A stretch of 32,000 nt of DNA, from contig NZ_CP042905.2 in the NCBI RefSeq assembly GCF_008000775.2, forward strand, positions 2,730,001-2,762,000. The letters run 5' to 3'. This stretch comes from Promethearchaeum syntrophicum (GTDB lineage: Archaea > Asgardarchaeota > Lokiarchaeia > Sigyniarchaeales > Promethearchaeaceae). Positions 17,251-24,243 of the stretch are shown in pieces. The stretch's first letter is position 1. The number at the start of each line of letters is the position of its first letter. The notes below the pieces were generated by a model that saw only the letters and a list, made by a program, of their open reading frames with translations, ran no database searches and had not been told where the DNA came from. The translations under genes and the position numbers were made by a program.

Positions 17251-19260
17251 TTAGATTTTTTCTTGATAAATCGAAAAGAAAATCTGTTGAAGCTTCGAAT
17301 GTTGGCGTAATTTTTCCAATTCTTCGACTTTTGGATTGTTATTCTCATCAAAGTATTTTATAAACGCTTGATACGGTTTATTCTTCTTTGCCACCCCATC
17401 TCGCATTAATTCATGCCCGGTAATTCCGAACTCATTTTCAAAGTCCACATCTAATGTAATATAATGCCCATGTCCACTTTCCGCAATTCTTCTTATATGA
17501 TAATTTGTACTCTTCATTGATTTATCCCCGGAACCTTTATCATCATCTATTATAATCACATACGGAATTTGAAACCCATTGAGCATTTCTTGATAGAGTT
17601 GCATATTAAATTTCCCATTACAGTCAACATATGTGGTAGTCACCCTTTTAGCAACTAAATCCGGAAAGAAATAATCCGCCCACCTTTGCAACATAATTTT
17701 TTCGGTCTCCCCCTCGACCAACACTACTTTATCGGCAAAAAATAATTCACTCCGATTGGGATTCATAAAATAACTGAGGTTTATTTCATTAATTCGATGG
17801 ATCTTTTCATATTCTCTCCCATGGGTATGAATGATATCTTTCACTTTGAGTTCGTAATCGATTTCTTCGATGGGTTGCAAAATGGATGTTGCCTCATATG
17901 CCCCCTTCTTACTTTTTAATACTTTCGCCACCGATTTATAGTCATTAAAATCGATGAAATTTGGTGCATGCGTATTCAAAATGATTTGGTGATTATCCGT
18001 ACTTGCGATTTTAAGGAGGTAGTTTCGCATTAAATCCTGATATTGGGGGTGAAGGAACAGCTCGGGCTCTTCAATGGCAAAATACACTGAATTCGATATT
18101 GCTGGAACTAGGTCTTTTGCTTCTTCATCGCCTTCTTTCCCACTTTTTTTTTGGAATTCCTCTTTATTTTTCACTAATAATGTCTCTGCCCATATTTTAA
18201 ACAATGAAACCATAAAATACCGTTGAAGCCCATGCCCTTTCTCCGAAACTAAAGTGTCTACTCCATCATTCATATAAATTTTTAACGAATCTCGCACCAT
18301 TTTGTTGATATTTGGCAATACGGTATCAAACCGAATATTCGAACCGTCGAATTCTTTGAGCGTATTATTAAGCTTGGATGCTAATTTATTTAGCTCTGAA
18401 GATGAATTGTCAATTTGGTAGATTTTATTCATAATATCCCGAATTTGCTGGTTATGTGCGCGCTCTTTTTCTTCATCGCGCATCTGATCCAGAATATAAT
18501 TCATTAATTTGTTAATACTGGATGGTCCTTTGGCTTTATAAGTGGTTTCTTCATCAATGTCTTGAACCGCTGGAATAAAATAATAATTCCCCAAATATCG
18601 CGCGATATTTGTGGTACCAATTTTACTTCTAACGTACTTCTTTTTCATCTTTAGCGAGTTTATTCCAGGGTGCTGTTTAATATATTGAGTTTTAAGGGCA
18701 TTCATATCAGCGATTGATAAGCGCGATGATGGATTCTTTCCCGCTTTTTTCAGTTTCTCTTTCTTTTTCTTAATATATTCTTCCATCAATTGTTTGAATT
18801 CCTCAGGAACGCTCGGATCTACTTGGAATTCTTTTTTGGAGATTAAACTTTCATCATAAAGAAAACCATAGCGATTTTTTGCGGCAGGAGATGAAAGATC
18901 GGGGATTAATTTGGCTATCTCATACTTAAGTTTCATTTTTTCTTGATTGTGAAGGGTTAACTTAATTTCAACTTGAGCCTTTTCTGTGCCTTCAAATAGA
19001 ATATTTCCTTGATACAGCTTCTTTTCTCCTTCTAATAGATCGATAAATGTTAGCGTTATCGAGATTTCATTTTCCCGCTTTTTCCCTTCTAATCTAAAAT
19101 CATCTTCCACGGGTTTTCTGCCGAAAAATACATCCAACGCTTTCATTATATTCGATTTACCCGAGTTATTCTTTCCTACAAACACCATATACGGAAAAAA
19201 ATAAAATTCTGCACTTTTAATCGTCCGAAAATTGGTAATTGCCACTTTCTTAATTTTCAT
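17251..19260 (-). CDS. OLD-family ATP-dependent nuclease (ABC-type ATPase plus Toprim)
   Basis: N-terminal IKKVAITNFRTIK...GKNNSGKSN (Walker A). GHGLQRYF signature-like segment. Walker B/D-loop FAIEEPELFLHP. C-terminal Toprim with VVLVEGETEKIML and YVIIIDDDKG. Confidence 0.8.
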   Translation of the reverse strand: MKIKKVAITNFRTIKSAEFYFFPYMVFVGKNNSGKSNIMKALDVFFGRKPVEDDFRLEGKKRENEISITLTFIDLLEGEKKLYQGNILFEGTEKAQVEIKLTLHNQEKMKLKYEIAKLIPDLSSPAAKNRYGFLYDESLISKKEFQVDPSVPEEFKQLMEEYIKKKKEKLKKAGKNPSSRLSIADMNALKTQYIKQHPGINSLKMKKKYVRSKIGTTNIARYLGNYYFIPAVQDIDEETTYKAKGPSSINKLMNYILDQMRDEEKERAHNQQIRDIMNKIYQIDNSSSELNKLASKLNNTLKEFDGSNIRFDTVLPNINKMVRDSLKIYMNDGVDTLVSEKGHGLQRYFMVSLFKIWAETLLVKNKEEFQKKSGKEGDEEAKDLVPAISNSVYFAIEEPELFLHPQYQDLMRNYLLKIASTDNHQIILNTHAPNFIDFNDYKSVAKVLKSKKGAYEATSILQPIEEIDYELKVKDIIHTHGREYEKIHRINEINLSYFMNPNRSELFFADKVVLVEGETEKIMLQRWADYFFPDLVAKRVTTTYVDCNGKFNMQLYQEMLNGFQIPYVIIIDDDKGSGDKSMKSTNYHIRRIAESGHGHYITLDVDFENEFGITGHELMRDGVAKKNKPYQAFIKYFDENNNPKVEELEKLRQHSKLQQIFFSIYQEKI

Positions 19261-19534
19261 TTTTTATTTCGCCTTTTTCCTTCTTTTTTTCTTTGATTTT
19301 TCTTTGTTTTCTCTTAGGTAAATAGTTTTATTAAAAATTACTCGAGTATCTTTTAAAAATTATCGAACAATTCAAATCAAGTAAAATCTAAATGGCACAT
19401 AAAAAGAAATAGCATTAAAAAATAGTGTGAGATATTACTTAGTAGTGAACAGCAATCTATGAAATAAAGAAATTTACTAGCTGATCTCGATTTGGAAATA
19501 GTGATAAGAATTGTCAATACCGAAAGCGTTGCAA

Positions 19535-19753
19535 ATGGTGTTAACTGACCGGATTATTTCAGATTTACAAACTAAAATGATATTTATTAATAAAATCCCC
19601 CAGCAAAAACTCACACAGTTGTTTTTTGATATGTGTGATAGTGGGATCACGCGATATATAAAATCTGAGCAAGAAAAAACACCTGAATTGAATGGTTCTA
19701 CTATAATGAAAAAATATTACCAATTTCATAAATCGAGAAAAAGTGACCCATAA
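19535..19753 (+). CDS. Small hypothetical protein, tightly coupled to the downstream nucleotidyltransferase-fold gene
   Basis: The track ORF begins at TTG 19511 and the first in-frame ATG is at 19535. The stop at 19751-19753 lies 1 nt before the downstream ATG (19755). No motif recognised. Confidence 0.45.
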   Translation: MVLTDRIISDLQTKMIFINKIPQQKLTQLFFDMCDSGITRYIKSEQEKTPELNGSTIMKKYYQFHKSRKSDP

Positions 19754-19754
19754 G

Positions 19755-20378
19755 ATGGAATCTCTATATTTAAAAGCCCTATCAGCATTTATATCTCTGT
19801 TTGAAGAATTAGAAGAGAAATTCGGGTATAAATATATGTTGGTTGGTGGTGTACTTACTTCAATATATGCAGAAGCCAGACAAACACAAGATGTTGCTAT
19901 TTTAATTCAATTACATTTTTCTCAAGATTCAAAATTGAATTTACGAAATAGTTTTCAAAAATATAATTTTCAACCCATCACCAATTGGGAGGATGTTTTT
20001 CTTACATGGAATTCAAATCAATTTATTCAAATCTTAGATCCGGATGGAATTGTGAAATTAGATATCAATCTTGCAGGATCTTTGCCAAAAAATGATTCAA
20101 TTTATGAAAAGATAAAATTTTTAGCATTAAAAAATCGAAAAAGACATAATTTCAATGGAATTCTGTGTTGGATCCAAGGAATGGAAGATTTTATACTTTC
20201 TAAGTTGGTATATGGTGGGTATCAAGACTACAAAGATGCATTAGCTTGTTGGATTCGCTATAATCAAATATTAAATGTTGAATATCTCCTTAAAAATGCA
20301 AAAGAACTAGGAATAGAAGAAGTTTACCTAGCTTTAACCCGTAATTATTCGGTTGATAAGGTATTTCCTGATGATTAA
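19755..20378 (+). CDS. Nucleotidyltransferase-fold protein (DUF2204/AbiEii-like), catalytic motif apparently degenerate
   Basis: The track start at GTG 19743 overlaps the upstream gene, so ATG 19755 is more likely. MLVGGVLTSIYAEARQTQDVAILI resembles the G-G...R-x-T-x-D-x-D NTase core but reads D-V-A. VKLDINL and MEDFILSKL match later conserved elements of this fold. Confidence 0.5.
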   Translation: MESLYLKALSAFISLFEELEEKFGYKYMLVGGVLTSIYAEARQTQDVAILIQLHFSQDSKLNLRNSFQKYNFQPITNWEDVFLTWNSNQFIQILDPDGIVKLDINLAGSLPKNDSIYEKIKFLALKNRKRHNFNGILCWIQGMEDFILSKLVYGGYQDYKDALACWIRYNQILNVEYLLKNAKELGIEEVYLALTRNYSVDKVFPDD

Positions 20379-20409
20379 ACTCTTTAAATAAATAAAAATA
20401 TGAAAAAAT

Positions 20410-20460
20410 GTGAGGTGAGTTGCTATAAGGCGACATCCCTCACGCGAATGCAAAATTGCG
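20410..20460 (+). other. Locally GC-enriched twin stem-loop (possible small RNA or terminator structure)
   Basis: Hairpin 1: gtgagg(20410-15)-tga-gttgc(20419-23)-tataag-gcgac(20430-34)-atc-cctcac(20438-43). Hairpin 2: cgc(g)aat(20443-49)-gcaaa-attgcg(20455-60). It lies 32 nt after the NTase-fold gene stop. Confidence 0.3.
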
Positions 20461-20688
20461 ATCACAATTACTACTTAGGGATTTTATATATTTAAACCTA
20501 CTTTTAAATATGAAACTAAATGATTCCTTCTTTGAATGTCTTTTTTTACCTAGATCTAATGATTTTTTAAGAAAAAAGATTGAAACACTATCCATAATTG
20601 GTTAAAATTTTCTTAACTCCAAATTAATCCGTGGTCCATTAATAAAAAAATTAAAATCTCTGATTGATTTAGCTGAAAATTAACAAAT

Positions 20689-21927
20689 ATGCGTAGACCA
20701 ACTTCCAAACAATTGATCAAAAAATTTACCGAATACTTAACCATCGAAAAAAAGTTAAAATCCGAAACCATAAATAAGCACATCTCCATTATTTCCTTCT
20801 TTTATGAGAGTTACCTAAACCAATATGAAGAAATGCACTTATTGGACGTTGAGGGCTTTATTATTGAAGATTACTTGGGTAATTGGTATATCAGGAAAGT
20901 TAGTTCTTCCAATAAAGGCGAAATTGTGGAGATATTAGCCAGTTTTAAAAAATTTTATAAATTCTTACTGAATCAGGGATATATCATGCACGATCAATAC
21001 GAGGAAATCCTTGCAGAATGTAAAAATTCCAAAAAGTATTATAGTAGATTTACATCATATTGGAAGATTGATTTTGATCAAGAAGAAGGGGAAAACTCCT
21101 GGATGACTTGGATGATGGGAGAAGAACCCAATGAAGATTCATTTCATAATCTCTTAAGTAGTCTAATAAATTCACGCGATGTAGACACTGCACAAAAGGA
21201 CCTTCAAGAAGAGCCCATTTCTCCCCGCACTCTAAAATTTTTAGCAGATTTTAAAAAGTTTCTGAAGTATTGTACGACAAATCACGAAATTAAGGTAAGT
21301 AAACGACAGTTAACTCTTCCACGGAAACATCTATTTGCCATTAATGAACAACTCTCATCTCCAGAAGTGTTGAAACCCTACGTTTTTCAATGGGATGCCA
21401 ACCAAATACATCTCTTTTATCATATTGGTTTATCTTTAGGATGTATCCTTGTGGATGATAGTTTTTCTCTGCAAACCACTAAAAGAATAGAACAATATCT
21501 GACGCTTTCCCCACAACATCAATTAATAATCTGTTTGTATTGTTTGTGGGAGGTTATTCCTTGGGCGAATCTCTTATCCCCTACTGCAGGAGGTCGCCCC
21601 GAATGGTCTCAAGATGGTCGGATAATCTTACAAACAGCGCTTGCCGATGCCACAGTGGATCATCCCTATGATTATACTTCATATATATTACAATATTCCC
21701 CAAATCAGAACTTTGAAACAAATTTTCACTTTAGTTCACTTTATAATTGGGGTGTGGTTCCTACCAAGATTTTACCTTCACTGGAACGGATGGGGTTGTT
21801 GATGTGTACGTTTAAAAATCCAGATGAATTAAAGTATTCTTCAGTTTCCACAATAACCATATTGAAGTTCGGCAAAATGGTTTTTTCTTGTTATAAAGAA
21901 TTTATAATTGATAAGATGAAAAATTGA
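20689..21927 (+). CDS. Protein with an integrase-type N-terminal SAM-like (core-binding) domain and an unrecognised ~300-aa C-terminal region
   Basis: Residues ~8-110 (LIKKFTEYLTIEKKLKSETINKHISIISFFYESYL ... EILASFKKFYKFLLNQGYIMHD) follow the XerC/D-type Phage_int_SAM pattern. I could not find the R..HxxR..Y catalytic set in the C-terminal part. Confidence 0.5.
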   Translation: MRRPTSKQLIKKFTEYLTIEKKLKSETINKHISIISFFYESYLNQYEEMHLLDVEGFIIEDYLGNWYIRKVSSSNKGEIVEILASFKKFYKFLLNQGYIMHDQYEEILAECKNSKKYYSRFTSYWKIDFDQEEGENSWMTWMMGEEPNEDSFHNLLSSLINSRDVDTAQKDLQEEPISPRTLKFLADFKKFLKYCTTNHEIKVSKRQLTLPRKHLFAINEQLSSPEVLKPYVFQWDANQIHLFYHIGLSLGCILVDDSFSLQTTKRIEQYLTLSPQHQLIICLYCLWEVIPWANLLSPTAGGRPEWSQDGRIILQTALADATVDHPYDYTSYILQYSPNQNFETNFHFSSLYNWGVVPTKILPSLERMGLLMCTFKNPDELKYSSVSTITILKFGKMVFSCYKEFIIDKMKN

Positions 21928-22009
21928 AAGATCATTTGGATTCTTTTTTATTGAGATTAGGCAGAAATTTTTATTAGATTGAATTACTGAAGATTATATA
22001 AGTGATGAG

Positions 22010-22468
22010 ATGTTACTCCACAACAAAGCGCTTTCCCCGAAACAGATTTCAGAATTAAGGCAAAAAATTAGAACAATCATTAACCCTCATCAAGAAATCT
22101 TGTTGGCATATCTTTATGGTTCAGCTGTAAATGGACCTTTCACATCACACAGTGATATCGATATCGGGCTATATGTAACTCTCGACACTTTAGAAAATCA
22201 ATGGTTTCCTATTCAGTTAAAAAATGAACTGGAAAACAATCTGGATCTGGGTTTACAACCAAAACACGAAATAGATATTCGGATAATCAATCAAACCAGT
22301 CCAAAATATCAATATTCCGTGATATTTCAAAATCCACGAATATTAGTAAGAGATGAACAAGTTCGAGTTGATTTTGAAAAAAACGTTTTGTTAAAATGGT
22401 ATGATATGCGTCACACTTGGGAGAATTTTTATAACGAACGAGAAGAGTGGTTAAAATCAAATAGTTGA
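22010..22468 (+). CDS. Minimal nucleotidyltransferase (MNT/MntA-like antitoxin)
   Basis: LYGSAVNG...SDIDIGLYV, i.e. the GS-x(n)-DxD pol-beta NTase motif. It lies immediately upstream of a HEPN gene with a 6-nt gap. Confidence 0.8.
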   Translation: MLLHNKALSPKQISELRQKIRTIINPHQEILLAYLYGSAVNGPFTSHSDIDIGLYVTLDTLENQWFPIQLKNELENNLDLGLQPKHEIDIRIINQTSPKYQYSVIFQNPRILVRDEQVRVDFEKNVLLKWYDMRHTWENFYNEREEWLKSNS

Positions 22469-22474
22469 AATCCA

Positions 22475-22894
22475 ATGATTAAAAATGAAGTAAAAGAGAG
22501 AAAAATAAGTCGTCTTCAACGAAATTTAAGTTATCTAAAAACAATAGCCTCCATCTCTTTAGATAAATTTTTGGGAAACTTTGAAAAACAATTAGCATGT
22601 CGCTACACAATTCAAGAATGTGTACAGATTTGTATCGATATCGCCTTCCATTTATGCATTGTCAACAAATTCGGAGAACCAATAAATTATAAAGATTCTT
22701 TTAAAATATTAAGTCAAAATCAAATCCTATCAGACCAATTATCCATAAAGATGCAAAATTGGGTTGGGGTAAGAAATCTAGTATCTCACATCTACGAAGA
22801 GGTCGATGACTCCCGAATATATTCATTCATTGTAGATGATCTCCATGATTTTGATGAGTTTATCTCAACACTCAATCAGTTACAAAAAATATGA
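22475..22894 (+). CDS. HEPN-domain protein (DUF86/HepT-like toxin)
   Basis: 139 aa with the R-x4-H motif (RNLVSHIYEE) in the expected C-terminal position. Paired with the MNT gene. Confidence 0.8.
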   Translation: MIKNEVKERKISRLQRNLSYLKTIASISLDKFLGNFEKQLACRYTIQECVQICIDIAFHLCIVNKFGEPINYKDSFKILSQNQILSDQLSIKMQNWVGVRNLVSHIYEEVDDSRIYSFIVDDLHDFDEFISTLNQLQKI

Positions 22895-22943
22895 GTGACA
22901 ATTCTTTTAAAAAAATTATCGGATTAGATTACAATCTAAACTC

Positions 22944-23115
22944 AAATAATATCATTCAACTTTGATTGGTTATAGTCATGGCGGAAAAAAATTATGACTA
23001 CATTTTGTATCACCTGCATGATGAAATCGGAGTTATTACGCTCAATCGGCCCGAAAAGCATAACGCACTCCAATATCCCATGATTATGGAGATAATCGAT
23101 GTTTTTGAATCAATA
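22944..23115. repeat. Left copy of a 172-nt direct repeat covering the upstream region and 5' end of the enoyl-CoA hydratase gene
   Basis: Hand alignment to 27260-27430 gives 13 mismatches plus a 1-nt indel. Confidence 0.9.
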
Positions 23116-23154
23116 AATGGATTGATAAATATCTTTCCTATAATTTACCAATAA
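22978..23154 (+). pseudogene. Detached 5' fragment of the enoyl-CoA hydratase gene (first ~46 codons intact, then 12 unrelated codons and a stop)
   Basis: MAEKNYDYILYHLHDEIGVITLNRPEKHNALQYPMIMEIIDVFESI is a typical crotonase N-terminus. Homology to the right-hand gene stops at 23115. Confidence 0.75.
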
Positions 23155-23365
23155 CCGCCTTTTCCATTCCCTTCGTTCTTTCTCGGCTTTTTTGACCCAA
23201 TTTCTTAAACCAAACGGTAAATCGAAAGAATGAATATTTTCTCAAACAAATTTTCTAATCATTCTCCACAAATTCCTTACCAAAAGCAAGGGGTCAAGCC
23301 AAACCTACGCTAGAAAAATCCCCCATAGATTTAAATTAGATACCTCGGTAGATAATTTAATTAAA

Positions 23366-24139
23366 ATGACAGAAATTCATGTTGACAAAAGTGAAAATCG
23401 CCCCGATCAAGAACTGAATTTCCCAAATCTTCATAAAAGTCAAAAAGTAACGGGAATTATTGGAGTGCTGATCTGGATTTTCTTTGTCGTTGGGTATTTC
23501 TTTCTTTATAACTTTTTTGTGAATTTGAATTACGCCTCCAACTCGGTTTCCCCCTATTCCCTTTTTGCTGTTTATCTACTCATTCTGGGAGGATATATTT
23601 TCGTATCCATAGTATCCCCACTTAATTTTACTTGGAAAGATTTAAAACTTAAAAAACCTGCAGAAGGTTCTGCATTTTTATTCCTATATATCGGTTTCTT
23701 TGTGATAGCCCTGTATCTTGCTTCCTATTTCTTAATTTGGCGTTTTAATCAGGGAGTTACAGGTTATTCCTCGGGTTCATTCGTATTACTGCCAAATCCC
23801 CTATTTCTCATTTGGTTTCTGCTGTTTTCCCCAGTCTTAGAAGAGCTCTTTTTCCGTCAAATTATTATAGAATTTGGAAGTCGTTTTGCTAGTAAAAAAT
23901 CGGTATACATTTTTTCTGGCATTGTATACTATTTAATGTATTTCTCCATGCAATGGATGATGCGGGGTCCTCTTGGTCCGGATGGTATGGATGCAACTCT
24001 TATTAGCGTACTGTTTTCAATCTCACTATCAATGATTCGTGAAATGGATGACTCTATCTTTCCCTGTATCCTCACTCATTTCTTGTACAATTTGTGCTTA
24101 GTCGTATTCCCAATCAGCATTAATTACATAATACAGTAA
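23366..24139 (+). CDS. CPBP-family intramembrane glutamic endopeptidase (CAAX protease/Abi-like)
   Basis: Polytopic membrane protein with motif 1 EELFFRQ (EExxxR) and the distal His motif LTHFLYN. Confidence 0.75.
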   Translation: MTEIHVDKSENRPDQELNFPNLHKSQKVTGIIGVLIWIFFVVGYFFLYNFFVNLNYASNSVSPYSLFAVYLLILGGYIFVSIVSPLNFTWKDLKLKKPAEGSAFLFLYIGFFVIALYLASYFLIWRFNQGVTGYSSGSFVLLPNPLFLIWFLLFSPVLEELFFRQIIIEFGSRFASKKSVYIFSGIVYYLMYFSMQWMMRGPLGPDGMDATLISVLFSISLSMIREMDDSIFPCILTHFLYNLCLVVFPISINYIIQ

Positions 24140-24243
24140 ATGCTGTAATCTCACATTTTCTTAATTTCTTAGATTAGGTTACCTCCGAACTCTAGGATTC
24201 TTTAAAAAATATCGAAAAAAATAAAAAAAAATCATTTTGAAAC

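Noticed and set aside
17251-19260. Calling the OLD nuclease GajA of a Gabija system, or AriA of PARIS
   Set aside because: There is no adjacent UvrD-like helicase (GajB) or AriB-like partner. The neighbours are a convergent CpXC gene and a divergent small ORF.
20689-21927. Calling this gene a tyrosine recombinase/integrase and using it to define a mobile element
   Set aside because: Only the N-terminal SAM-like core-binding domain is recognisable. I could not locate the catalytic R, HxxR and Y residues, so an integrase call is not supported.
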